A DNA stretch of 64,000 nucleotides from Patescibacteria group bacterium (GCA_038065095.1 JBBTRR010000001.1:29652-93651), one strand, 5' to 3'. Positions 18,982 through 28,390 are shown, counted from the stretch's first letter. Numbers and translations: made by a program. Notes: a model not told the origin generated them from the letters alone.

Positions 18982-19669
18982 AAAACAATTTCGTTTGGGC
19001 ATTTTAGGTGGCATGGGGCCGATGGCTGGCGTTTGGTTTCAAAAAATAATAATAGATTCAACGTCAGCCACAAAAGATCAAGACCATATTCAAGTGGTTT
19101 GTTTTACCAATCCTAAAATTCCAGATAGAACGAATTCTTTGCTTAAAGATGGTGGTAAAGATTATGTAAAAGAGGTTTCTAAATCGCTTAAGGTTTTAGC
19201 TGAAGCCGGTGCAAATTTTCTTGCTATTCCTTGCAATACTGCACATGCTAGGCTTAAACAAATTCAAGCTAATATCTCGGTTCCTATACTAGATATGATT
19301 GATCTTACCGTAAATGAGGTGGTAGATAATTTCTGTAACGTAATTATTCTAGCTACGGACGCTACTATAAAAGAAAAGGTTTATCAGTTAAAAAATAAAT
19401 CTAATAATATTAATTGGATATATCCAGACAAAAAAACTCAAAAGAAAGTTTCGAAAATAATTTACAGTATAAAAGCTGGCCGAGAAAAAAATATTTTAGA
19501 AAATATTGTTAGTATGGTAAAAAAGCTTAATAAGAATTCTAACGCTGTTATTTTTGCTTGTACCGAACTTTCTATTTACGCCAAGGAGGCCAGAAAATTT
19601 ATTAAAATTCCAATAATTGACCCCTTAGAAGTGTTGGCGAAGGAAGTGGTTAGACTTGGAACCAAATAA
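18968..19669 (+). CDS. aspartate/glutamate racemase family protein
   Basis: GILGGMGP, IPDRT and the two catalytic Cys motifs PCNTAH and ACTELS. Confidence 0.9.
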   Translation: MAKNKKQFRLGILGGMGPMAGVWFQKIIIDSTSATKDQDHIQVVCFTNPKIPDRTNSLLKDGGKDYVKEVSKSLKVLAEAGANFLAIPCNTAHARLKQIQANISVPILDMIDLTVNEVVDNFCNVIILATDATIKEKVYQLKNKSNNINWIYPDKKTQKKVSKIIYSIKAGREKNILENIVSMVKKLNKNSNAVIFACTELSIYAKEARKFIKIPIIDPLEVLAKEVVRLGTK

Positions 19670-19704
19670 AATATCCCTCCGACGAAAGGTCGGAGGGATA
19701 TTTT
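19668..19704. terminator. bidirectional intrinsic terminator between convergent genes
   Basis: AAAATATCCCTCCGAC-GAAAG-GTCGGAGGGATATTTT. Confidence 0.8.
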
Positions 19705-19717
19705 TTAATACCTTATA

Positions 19718-20071
19718 TTACTTGCTAGTTTTGACTTGATTTACAATCTTGGCAAATACTTCTGGATTGTTTTCGGCGATGTCGGCTAATACCTTTCTAT
19801 CTAATTCTACATTGGCTTTCTTTAAAGCGTCTATAAAACGGCTATAAGAAATACCATTTTGTTTAGCAGCTGCGCCAACTTTAATTTGCCACAAGGTTCT
19901 AAAATTACCTTTCTTCTTTTTGCGATCGTGATAAGCCTTGGACCAAGCATGAAGCAAGGCTTCTTTAGCAGCTCGGTAATGTGTATTACGTGACCACTTA
20001 AAACCCTTGGCATATTTTAATAAATTTTTTCTGCGTTTAGACGCAATCGTTCCTCTTTTTACGCGTGCCAT
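19718..20071 (-). CDS. rplT: 50S ribosomal protein L20
   Basis: MARVKRG...LDRKVLAD. Confidence 0.97.
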   Translation of the reverse strand: MARVKRGTIASKRRKNLLKYAKGFKWSRNTHYRAAKEALLHAWSKAYHDRKKKKGNFRTLWQIKVGAAAKQNGISYSRFIDALKKANVELDRKVLADIAENNPEVFAKIVNQVKTSK

Positions 20072-20091
20072 ATTTGTCTAAATTTTATTTT

Positions 20092-20295
20092 TTAACTTAA
20101 TCTTGCAAACGGCATTTTTTCCAAAATATTTCTAATTTCTGGTTTGGCCATTGCTGAATCTTTTTTAATGCTTCTCTTTCTGTTACTAGATTTCTTAGCT
20201 CTAAAATGATTTTGGTTTGGAGTTCTGTGCATAAGTTTTCCGTTTTTAGTTAAACGGAATCTTTTTGCCATTGATTTGTTTGTTTTTGAAGCCAT
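20092..20295 (-). CDS. rpmI: 50S ribosomal protein L35
   Basis: KTNKSMAKRFRLTKNGK; lies between infC and rplT. Confidence 0.93.
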   Translation of the reverse strand: MASKTNKSMAKRFRLTKNGKLMHRTPNQNHFRAKKSSNRKRSIKKDSAMAKPEIRNILEKMPFARLS

Positions 20296-20297
20296 GT

Positions 20298-20789
20298 CTA
20301 TTTATGTATAGTTATTGACCAGCCGGAAGGCGAGCTAGTCGGCGAACCATCGGTTTTATGCTGCTCGGTAACCATCTTTTCGAAAGCTATCAACTTGGTT
20401 CTAGCTAGATCTCTAAAGGCCTTTTCTCTACCTTTTAAAAATATTTCCAATCTAACTTGGTCACCTTTTTTAAGGAATTTATCGGCTAAACTGGCTTTTA
20501 CTTCGGTATCGTGAATAGAAGTTTTGAGCCCAATACGCACTGTTTTAAGCTCCTGCCTCTTATTTGAGGACTTCATCTTTTGTTCAGCCTTTCGCTGATG
20601 GTACTCAAATTTACCATAATCTATGATTTTGGCAACTGGCGGGGTGGCGGTAGGGTTAACCTCGGCTAAATCTAAACCTTTTTCCTTGGCTATTTTTAGG
20701 GCATCTTGCAAACTTAAAACACCCAAGCTTTTGCCGGTTTCATCTATAACTACTAATTTTTCCGAACGTATTTGGTTGTTTATTTTCAA
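20298..20789 (-). CDS. infC: translation initiation factor IF-3
   Basis: INNQIR, GLDLAEV, PPVAKIIDYGKF and KGRE motifs; non-ATG start. Confidence 0.95.
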   Translation of the reverse strand: MKINNQIRSEKLVVIDETGKSLGVLSLQDALKIAKEKGLDLAEVNPTATPPVAKIIDYGKFEYHQRKAEQKMKSSNKRQELKTVRIGLKTSIHDTEVKASLADKFLKKGDQVRLEIFLKGREKAFRDLARTKLIAFEKMVTEQHKTDGSPTSSPSGWSITIHK

Positions 20790-20794
20790 ATTTT

Positions 20795-21058
20795 TTAGAT
20801 TTTGGTTGGTAAATTTTTTTTATATTTCTCAATTAAAAACTCCTTCTTTTTTCTAGACCATTTTTTAATTTGTATTTCTCTTTGCCTAGCTTCTTTAAGG
20901 TTTGAATATTCTTCTTTAAAAATAATTTTATAATGACCAGATTTTGTAAAAATAGCGCCAGATTTAGTGTTGTGAAATTTTAACCTTTTTTCCGGGTTTT
21001 CCGAAATACCAATATATAATTTATTGAAATTATTTTTAATTATATAAACAAAAATCAT
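20795..21058 (-). CDS. stand-alone GIY-YIG nuclease
   Basis: FVYII...LYIG...RLKFHN...ARQREIQIKKWSRKKK; ATG at 21058 (the longer ORF reads through palindromic repeats). Confidence 0.85.
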   Translation of the reverse strand: MIFVYIIKNNFNKLYIGISENPEKRLKFHNTKSGAIFTKSGHYKIIFKEEYSNLKEARQREIQIKKWSRKKKEFLIEKYKKNLPTKI

Positions 21059-21064
21059 AATTAT

Positions 21065-21202
21065 GTCCCTCGACTTGTGGTGAAGAGGGTCGAACCACTT
21101 CGCTCGGGACACTCGACTCGTAGTGCATACCTACCAAGTTATTTGATTTGGTTGTGGCTTGCCACGAGTGAGTCCGAGCTTAAGTGAGGACGAGTCGAGT
21201 GG
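21065..21202. repeat. cluster of short (nested) palindromic elements between the tmRNA 3' end and the GIY-YIG gene
   Basis: GTCCCTCGACTT[GTGGTGAAGAGGGTCGAACCACTT]CGCTCGGGAC and CTTGCCACGAG...CGAGTGG. Confidence 0.7.
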
Positions 21203-21558
21203 AGATGGCGGGAATTGAACCCGCGTGCAAAAAGTTTCTCGATTAAATTGCTACGAAGCCTAACCGTTCTTAATTTAAGTTTAACTCTTAAAGAACGGTG
21301 AAAAAAGTTAAACTTTTGGCGATTGTCTTAAGTCTAAAGTTCGCCTTCATTAGACAGCAGCCCGAAAGGTTGGCACCGCACACTGTCTTCTCGGGCGAAA
21401 ACAGGGCGATGGCTGATAGATTTTAAGCTACAGCGAACGCTGGTTTATTAGCGCTAAATAAGTTTGCACTTACTATTTGTAACCAGTTTTATGAGTTTGT
21501 GGTATACCTCAGCTTCGAATTCTTATCGATACGTTCCTTGACGATTCAAGTCATCCCC
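21200..21558 (-). ncRNA. ssrA: tmRNA; tag reading frame 21467-21423 encodes ANLFSANKPAFAVA*
   Basis: 5' GGGGATG pairs with 3' CATCTCC-A; T-arm GCGGGTTCAATTCCCGC; Ala-ending tag; immediately downstream of smpB; CCA not encoded. Confidence 0.93.
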
Positions 21559-21624
21559 ATGGGTAGGGTCTAGAAAAATCAGCCACTAGGTTAAAATAAA
21601 ACCCTATTGGCTAGTCCCTAAACC

Positions 21625-22071
21625 CTAGTGGCTATCTTTGAGTTCTCTAGCAATATCTCTTTCGGCGATACGTTTTTTTAAAACTTCTCGCTTATCACCT
21701 TTACTTTTACCTTTGGCTAAACCAATTTCTAGTTTGATTTGACCGTGCTTATTATAAACTTTTAATGGCACAATAGTCAACCCTTTTTCTTTGGTTTTCC
21801 CTTGTAAATATTGAAGTTCTTTTTTGTTAAGCAAAAGTTTTCGTTTACGTTCTGGGTTGTATCCGGCAACCATGTTTTTAGGTTGATAGGGGGCGACCAT
21901 AGCTTTCACTAGCCAAGCTTCTTCGTCTTCCACAACTATATATGCGCCCTGCAAACTATAATGGTTATTCCTTATAGACTTAACTTCACCGCCAAGCAAA
22001 ACCAAACCCGCCTCGAATTTCTCTAGGATATCATAATTAAAAAATGCTTTTTTGTTGGTTTTGCTTTCCAC
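21625..22071 (-). CDS. smpB: SsrA-binding protein
   Basis: NKKAFFNY, EAGLVLLGGEVKSIR, RKLLL and DKRE motifs. Confidence 0.96.
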   Translation of the reverse strand: MESKTNKKAFFNYDILEKFEAGLVLLGGEVKSIRNNHYSLQGAYIVVEDEEAWLVKAMVAPYQPKNMVAGYNPERKRKLLLNKKELQYLQGKTKEKGLTIVPLKVYNKHGQIKLEIGLAKGKSKGDKREVLKKRIAERDIARELKDSH

Positions 22072-22180
22072 CCAGTTATTTTAATACAAATATCTATTGT
22101 TGACAAGAATTATTGTAGTATTATATAATAATTAACACGTAGATTGTTCATTTTAAACTTATAGAGAAGGAGATTTGGCT

Positions 22181-22657
22181 ATGCTTATAAGAAAGAATGA
22201 ATACTTGGATTTACCTAGAAGTAAAGTAAGGTGTCTTAGTAATATCAGTCTGCCGAAAAGCACTAGTCTTTCGGTGTATCCTAAGTGGTTCATGAACAAG
22301 AATCATTTGGAGTTAAGTATTGTTCTTTTCAGAACAGATAAGAATGGTAATCTTAAGGAGCGGGAAGTTAGTCTTTTGGAGCTGTTTCCTTTGGAAAGTA
22401 TTCCCAGTGGCGGTCCTAATTTTTTGAGTTTTATTAAATCGGGAAGTCACCTCTGGGGTGCTATAGATATGAGTTTGCAGCAGCTTGTAACTAAAATCAC
22501 GCACGAGTTACAAATTTTCTTTGATTCCGAAGTTGCAACTCTTGGAGGTATAAATCCAAATGAAGTTGTGAAATTTTCCTTAGAAATTGGTCACGAAGTT
22601 TTAGAAGGTGAGAGTACTGTAAGGAGACTCAAGGGTTTTCTTCTCTTTAGGGAATAA
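22181..22657 (+). CDS. hypothetical protein
   Basis: AAGGAG RBS; followed by a terminator. Confidence 0.55.
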   Translation: MLIRKNEYLDLPRSKVRCLSNISLPKSTSLSVYPKWFMNKNHLELSIVLFRTDKNGNLKEREVSLLELFPLESIPSGGPNFLSFIKSGSHLWGAIDMSLQQLVTKITHELQIFFDSEVATLGGINPNEVVKFSLEIGHEVLEGESTVRRLKGFLLFRE

Positions 22658-22674
22658 GATAGTCACAACAAACA

Positions 22675-22700
22675 AAGCCCAGCGCTAAGCTGGGCTTTTT
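22675..22700 (+). terminator. intrinsic terminator
   Basis: AAAGCCCAGC-GCTAA-GCTGGGCTTTTT. Confidence 0.7.
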
Positions 22701-22752
22701 CTTTACTATAATTAGTTTTTTCGCTAAGGTTAAGTATATTAAGTCTATTAAA

Positions 22753-25700
22753 ATGAGACAAGTAAATCTACCTCAAGAAGAAGAAAAAGTTTTAAAACAT
22801 TGGCACGAAAACGAGATTTTCGAAAAAACTCTAGAAGCCACTAAAGATGGTAAGCCTTTTGTATTTTACGAGGGCCCGCCTACGGCCAATGGCAAACCAG
22901 GTATTCATCATATTGTGGCGAGGTCTTTTAAAGATATTATTTGCCGTTTTCAAACCATGAAAGGCCGGTACGTTTCGCGCCGCGCCGGTTGGGATACACA
23001 TGGCTTGCCGGTAGAAATTGAGGTAGAGAAAAAACTTGGTTTAAAAAATAAGCGCGATGTAGAAAAATACGGTATCGCCAAGTTTAATAAAGATTGCCAA
23101 ATATCGGTATGGCAATATAAAGATGAATGGGAAAAAATGACACGCCGAATGGGCTATTGGCTCGATTTAAAAAATCCATATATAACTTACGAACCTCAAT
23201 ACATAGAAAATGTTTGGAATATTTTAAAAAGAATTTACGATAAAAATCTTTTAGTTAAAGATTATAAAATCGTGCCGTTTTGTGTGCGTTGTGGTACGCC
23301 AATTTCTAGCCACGAAGTGGCGCAGGGTTACGAAACAGTTACAGATAGATCGGTAACCATAAAATTTAAAGTAAAAGGTTTAGAAAATACATATTTACTG
23401 GCGTGGACTACCACGCCGTGGACTTTACCAGGAAACGTTGCTTTGGCAGTTGGGCCAAAGGTTGTTTATGTAGAAGCCGAAGTTAACGGCGAAAAATATA
23501 TTTTGGCTCGCGATTTAGCCGAGAAAGTTTTTTCCTCGACTACGCTCGGAACAAGTGGCTCTGATTACAAAATAAATAAAGAATTAAAAGCGGGCGATCT
23601 TACCAAACTTTCTTACGAACCATTATTTGCAGTTAAAGAATTAGAAAGTGAAAATTCTTACAAAGTTTACGAAGCTGATTTTGTAACCACCGAAGATGGT
23701 ACGGGGATTGTGCATACCGCTGTAATGTATGGCGCCGACGATTTTGAACTTGGCACCAAATTAAATTTGCCAAAATTCCACACGGTTAACCGCGAAGGCG
23801 TTTTTGTAAAATCAGTCCCTGTTGTTGGTGGCCTTGCTATTGTTAGCGAAAATAAAAAAGACCCAATAACCGAAAAAACAATTTTGTTTTATTTAAAAAA
23901 ACAAAATTTTCTGTTTAGCGAAGCTAGCTACAAACACGAATATCCATTCTGTTGGCGTTGTAAATCGCCGTTACTATATTACGCCCAAGAAAGTTGGTTT
24001 ATAAAAATGTCGGCGTTACGGGGCGATTTAATTAAAAATAACGAAAAAGTTAATTGGGTGCCCGAACACATTAAAGAAGGTAGGTTTGGCGAATGGTTAC
24101 GCGAAGTTAAAGATTGGGCCATAAGCCGTGAAAGGTATTGGGGCACGCCACTGCCAATTTGGGAGTGCACCAAATGCGAACATAAAACCGTGATTGGTTC
24201 TTTGGAAGAATTAAATTCAAACAGATTTAGCGAAGGCACGGATTTTTTACTGGTTCGTCATGGTGAAGCTGAATCTAATGTGGGTCAATTTGTTAGCTGC
24301 TATCCAGAAAAAAAATTAAACCCACTTACCGAAAAAGGTAGAAAGCAAGTGGAAGAATCAGCTAAAAAAATAAAAAAAGAATTAGGTAAAAATAAAGTTG
24401 CAGCTATTTATGCTTCCGATGTTTTACGCGCTCGTGAGACCGCACAGATAATCGCGGATGAACTTAAAATAAAAGAAGTTGTCTTAGATGAAAGACTACG
24501 CGAAATAAACGTAGGCGATTTAAACGGCTTGCTTTCAAGTGAATACGTGGCCCATTTTAATTCGCTTAAAGATCGCTTTGTACGCCCAGCACCAGGCGGA
24601 GAATCGCTTGAGGATACAGTTAAAAGAATGAAGAATTTTGTGCATGATGTTTCTGAAAAATATGGAAACAAGAAGGTGATTGTGGTTAGTCACGGCGATC
24701 CCCTATTTTTCTTAAAAAATTCAGATAAAGTTTATGGCGAAGACGAACTTGAACTTCTATATCAAAAAGCTATAGATAAACCAGGAAAATATTTAGACCT
24801 GGCGGGGTTTACAGATTTTAAACTTAATAACTGGCCTTACGACGAAGAAGGGAATTTAAACCTTCATCGCCCTTATGCAGATAATGTGTTCCTCAAGTGT
24901 TCTATGTGTTCCTCAAAAATGGAACGTATAAAAGACTTAGCCGATGTTTGGTTTGATTCAGGTGCGATGCCATGGGCGTCATCGGAAAATCAAAAATCAA
25001 AAATCAAAAATCAAAATTTAGGGAAAGATAAGTTTCCAGCTGATTACATTTGTGAAGCGATAGATCAAACTCGTGGTTGGTTTTACACCTTAATGGCGGT
25101 TAGCACAGCTTTGGGCGAAGGCACGCCATATAAAAATGTAATTAGTTTAAACCACGTGTTAGATGAAAAAGGCGAGAAGATGTCGAAATCGAAAGGGAAT
25201 ATTGTAGACCCATGGATGGTGGGCGAGAAAGTTGGTTTCGACATGATGCGTTGGTATTTTTATACTGTAAACGCGCCGGGTGATAACAAACTTTTTAGTA
25301 TGCGCGATATAGAAAGCAAAAAGCGCAGGTTTGCCGATACTCTAATTAATTCATTCTTGTTTCTCGAAACATACTATGTTTCGAGTGGTGAGCGTAGTCG
25401 AACCATTACAGCTCGACCGGACATTCTAGATAAATGGATTTTAATGCGTTTAGAAAAATTAGAATTTGAAGTAAATAAATTTTTAGAAACTTACGATATA
25501 ACTTCCGCTTCGCGTGCTATAGAAGAATTTATAGATGAACTTTCTAATTGGTATATTCGCCGCAGTCGCCGCAAATTTCAAAAACAAAATATAGACGCCG
25601 AAAAATTATCGGCTCAAAATACTTTAACCGAAGTTTTAAAACGCACTGCTATTATTATGGCGCCATTTGCACCGTTTATATCGGAATGGCTATATATGAA

Positions 25701-26307
25701 TCTCAAAAACTTGAAACTTGGAACTTGTAACTTAGAATCAGTCCATCTCGAACACTGGCCGAAGTCATCCAAAATATCTAAATCGGAAATTACCAAAGCT
25801 ATGGAAAGAGCTCGTGAAATTGTGGCTCTAGGTTTAGCCGAGCGTGCTCAAGCGGGTTTACGCGTGCGCCAACCATTAAATGCTTTGTATGTTTCGCCAG
25901 CCGATTACAATTTAATTGGCGATGTTTTATACATTGTGGCGGAGGAACTAAATGTTAAAAAAGTTTTAAGCGACAGAAAAATAGAAAAAAATAGCGTTAG
26001 TTTGGATACTGTTCTTACAGCGGAACTCAAAGAAGAAGGTATGGTGCGTGAAATGATTCGCAACATTAACGAAATGAGAAAAGAAGCGAAGCTAACACCG
26101 GAAGATAAAATAATTTTGTATTACGAATTAAATCAAAACGCTAATTTTAAAGAATTATTAACGCGTTGGGAAAATATAATTAAACAAGAAACTCGTTCTA
26201 CCCAAATTCACTTCGGTATAACCGAAGCCGAAAGTTTTTTGGTCCACAAAGTTTGGAATTACGAAGGTTTTGAAATTGGAGTGGGGATTAAGACACACGA
26301 AGATTAA
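22753..26307 (+). CDS. ileS: isoleucine-tRNA ligase (type 2) with inserted histidine-phosphatase domain
   Basis: EGPPTANG, GWDTHGLPVE, WTTTPWT, ISRERYWGTP and KMSKS motifs; internal LVRHGE...SHGDP domain. Confidence 0.95.
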   Translation: MRQVNLPQEEEKVLKHWHENEIFEKTLEATKDGKPFVFYEGPPTANGKPGIHHIVARSFKDIICRFQTMKGRYVSRRAGWDTHGLPVEIEVEKKLGLKNKRDVEKYGIAKFNKDCQISVWQYKDEWEKMTRRMGYWLDLKNPYITYEPQYIENVWNILKRIYDKNLLVKDYKIVPFCVRCGTPISSHEVAQGYETVTDRSVTIKFKVKGLENTYLLAWTTTPWTLPGNVALAVGPKVVYVEAEVNGEKYILARDLAEKVFSSTTLGTSGSDYKINKELKAGDLTKLSYEPLFAVKELESENSYKVYEADFVTTEDGTGIVHTAVMYGADDFELGTKLNLPKFHTVNREGVFVKSVPVVGGLAIVSENKKDPITEKTILFYLKKQNFLFSEASYKHEYPFCWRCKSPLLYYAQESWFIKMSALRGDLIKNNEKVNWVPEHIKEGRFGEWLREVKDWAISRERYWGTPLPIWECTKCEHKTVIGSLEELNSNRFSEGTDFLLVRHGEAESNVGQFVSCYPEKKLNPLTEKGRKQVEESAKKIKKELGKNKVAAIYASDVLRARETAQIIADELKIKEVVLDERLREINVGDLNGLLSSEYVAHFNSLKDRFVRPAPGGESLEDTVKRMKNFVHDVSEKYGNKKVIVVSHGDPLFFLKNSDKVYGEDELELLYQKAIDKPGKYLDLAGFTDFKLNNWPYDEEGNLNLHRPYADNVFLKCSMCSSKMERIKDLADVWFDSGAMPWASSENQKSKIKNQNLGKDKFPADYICEAIDQTRGWFYTLMAVSTALGEGTPYKNVISLNHVLDEKGEKMSKSKGNIVDPWMVGEKVGFDMMRWYFYTVNAPGDNKLFSMRDIESKKRRFADTLINSFLFLETYYVSSGERSRTITARPDILDKWILMRLEKLEFEVNKFLETYDITSASRAIEEFIDELSNWYIRRSRRKFQKQNIDAEKLSAQNTLTEVLKRTAIIMAPFAPFISEWLYMNLKNLKLGTCNLESVHLEHWPKSSKISKSEITKAMERAREIVALGLAERAQAGLRVRQPLNALYVSPADYNLIGDVLYIVAEELNVKKVLSDRKIEKNSVSLDTVLTAELKEEGMVREMIRNINEMRKEAKLTPEDKIILYYELNQNANFKELLTRWENIIKQETRSTQIHFGITEAESFLVHKVWNYEGFEIGVGIKTHED

Positions 26308-26765
26308 AAATAAAAAAACCTTAAAGTTCCTAAAATCCATTTGATAGCTCTTTTTAAGATATTTACATCCTCATCCATCATACCAATACTAGAATTACAT
26401 TGTCGGCAAATCCAGCCACGTATTTCCCCGTTTAGATGGTAGTGGTCTAAGACAACATCATTTTTAAACTGTCTGATTATTGTTCTATCACAGACAGGAC
26501 AGTGGAAAGATTCTCCGAGAGGTGGCATGGGATGGGTTTTTCCATACGCAATTCTCATCTTTATAGGAATTGGTTTTTTCCACTTGCGACAATTCCGACA
26601 TTCACCTCTCCTAGATATTTTTCCCGCAATACTTTTTTGGTTTTTTTCAAACTCAAAAATACTTTTTCTTTGCTGACATCGACGACAAATCTTGGTTTCA
26701 TTAAAACACAAATTACAGAACTCTTTGTGGGAGGCTTTATTACGATTACATTCAGTACAAATCAT
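26304..26765 (-). CDS. endonuclease VII-like (His-Me finger) nuclease with Zn fingers
   Basis: CPVC...LDHYHLNGEIRGWICRQCNSSIG; start overlaps the stop of the upstream fusion (ATGA). Confidence 0.8.
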   Translation of the reverse strand: MICTECNRNKASHKEFCNLCFNETKICRRCQQRKSIFEFEKNQKSIAGKISRRGECRNCRKWKKPIPIKMRIAYGKTHPMPPLGESFHCPVCDRTIIRQFKNDVVLDHYHLNGEIRGWICRQCNSSIGMMDEDVNILKRAIKWILGTLRFFYF

Positions 26766-28279
26766 ATATATTTAATTCTTTTACGAGCCACTTCACAGTA
26801 TTTATTAAATAACTCACTTCCTATATACTTTCTACCACTAAGAACAGCCATTTTGGCGGTGGTGCCACTACCCATAAATGGGTCGTATACAACATCACCT
26901 TCTTTACTCCAAGAGACTATATGGTCTTCTGCTAGTTTTTCAGGGAAGATAGCTGGGTGTTCGTATGCAAAATTATCGCTTGCCGAGTGTCCTTTTCCGA
27001 TATAATACTCCCAGACGTTTGTTCTCCTACCAAACTTTTCATAACCACTTCTAGCTCTCTTAGATAAAGTCCCATCATAAAGTCGTTTAGTACCACTATC
27101 ACCGGATCTTGCCTCTATATTTTCTCTATCTTTTATAAGGTTTATTGTTTTTGGTGTTCCTTTGCTAAATACAAACATGTATTCAAAGGTTTGCCAATAG
27201 GTTTTATTATTGCCAACCGCTCCGCGTGGTGGTTTTAAGTAAATCATTGTATCAAATAAATTAAAACCAATTTCTTTGAAATACAAGGCATGCTTAAGGG
27301 ATGTACCGCTTTCATTTCCTTTTTTTGTTTGGTCAGCAATAACCCACACAACGACCCCACCTTTTTTAGTAATGCGATATAACTCTTTAACTATCTGCTC
27401 AAATTCATTAAAGGTGTTACCATTATATTTTCGCATATCGTCATAAGGAGGAGAGGTTACTGTCATGTCAATAAAATTGTCTGGCATTCTAGACATTGTG
27501 TCTAAACAATTTTCATTGTAGATAGTATTCAGATTAACACCTTCTTTTTTTATTTCGAGCGAAGTGTTTTCCATTATTTCTGCCGTATCTCTATAAATTA
27601 CTTGGTTTTTAGGAAGTGCTTCGTATTTTACACCTCTTATTTTAAAAGGTGATGTATATGAAGAACTTTTAGTATAATTTTCGTTCTTTATAACATCAAT
27701 TAAAGTTCCTTGAATCGCAAAATCTTGATTTTTTTTAACTATTATTGGCTCCATATTTTTATTGGCGGGTTGTAATCGTATATGGTTTTTTTCTTTAAAA
27801 AAAGTTTTCAAAGTTGCTTCGCGGTTATCTATTAATGCGACTACCTTTTCTCCGTTTTTGGCTGTATTTTGTTCTTTAATTAAAACAATATCACCGCTAT
27901 TTATTTTTTCTTCAACCATACTGTTACCTCTTACCCTCAAGGCATAGATATTTCCAGAATTAGGCAATTTATTTTTCGGAACCATAATTGTTTCTTTTTC
28001 CTCTATGGCTTCAATTGGTTCACCAGCCGCGATTATGCCCAATAAGGGAATTTTTACAAAATTATCATATATAGGTATTTCTATATTTCTTTTTTGATGT
28101 TTTTCTTTGTTTATATATCCTTTGTTTGTAAGAGCTTCTAAGTGTTGGCTTATAGTGGCTGAAGAAGTGAGCTTAAAATGCTTCCCAATTTCCTTATGAG
28201 AAGGGGCGTAGCCTTTTTTATTACTATATTTAGTTACAAAATCAAGGATTTGTTTTTGTCTTGGAGTTAAGTTTCTCAT
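26762..28279 (-). CDS. LexA repressor fused to a beta-class amino DNA methyltransferase
   Basis: N-terminal LTPRQKQIL winged HTH, AAGEP cleavage site, GNSM and TLKT; C-terminal TSPPY ... HPAIFP ... DPFMGSGTT; single open frame. Confidence 0.88.
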   Translation of the reverse strand: MRNLTPRQKQILDFVTKYSNKKGYAPSHKEIGKHFKLTSSATISQHLEALTNKGYINKEKHQKRNIEIPIYDNFVKIPLLGIIAAGEPIEAIEEKETIMVPKNKLPNSGNIYALRVRGNSMVEEKINSGDIVLIKEQNTAKNGEKVVALIDNREATLKTFFKEKNHIRLQPANKNMEPIIVKKNQDFAIQGTLIDVIKNENYTKSSSYTSPFKIRGVKYEALPKNQVIYRDTAEIMENTSLEIKKEGVNLNTIYNENCLDTMSRMPDNFIDMTVTSPPYDDMRKYNGNTFNEFEQIVKELYRITKKGGVVVWVIADQTKKGNESGTSLKHALYFKEIGFNLFDTMIYLKPPRGAVGNNKTYWQTFEYMFVFSKGTPKTINLIKDRENIEARSGDSGTKRLYDGTLSKRARSGYEKFGRRTNVWEYYIGKGHSASDNFAYEHPAIFPEKLAEDHIVSWSKEGDVVYDPFMGSGTTAKMAVLSGRKYIGSELFNKYCEVARKRIKYI

Positions 28280-28285
28280 TACTTA

Positions 28286-28318
28286 ATTATACCGAAAATT
28301 AACCGAAAGTTATCCACA
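28286..28318 (-). promoter_or_regulatory. -10 box with abutting direct repeat TTCGG-N6-TTCGG (putative LexA operator) and a DnaA box
   Basis: Minus strand reads TGTGGATAAC-T-TTCGG-TTAATT-TTCGG-TATAAT-TAAGTA-ATG. Confidence 0.65.
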
Positions 28319-28390
28319 GATAAATCACAGCTCATTATAAAGTTTTTATTGCAGTAACATTGGCGAATTGATAGTATCATTATAAATATT

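Noticed and set aside
21059-21112. N-terminal extension of the GIY-YIG ORF (MSRAKWFDPLHHKSRD)
   Set aside because: It is a translation of the nested palindromic repeats, not domain sequence.
25217-25227. TGGTGGGCGAG in ileS matching the tRNA-Leu 3' end (possible att site)
   Set aside because: Only 11 nt, inside conserved coding sequence, and no integrase in the window; probably chance.
26502-27005. 167-aa plus-strand ORF and other antisense ORFs in the track (e.g. 61479-62078, 13916-14338)
   Set aside because: They are shadows of well-supported genes on the opposite strand with no motifs of their own.
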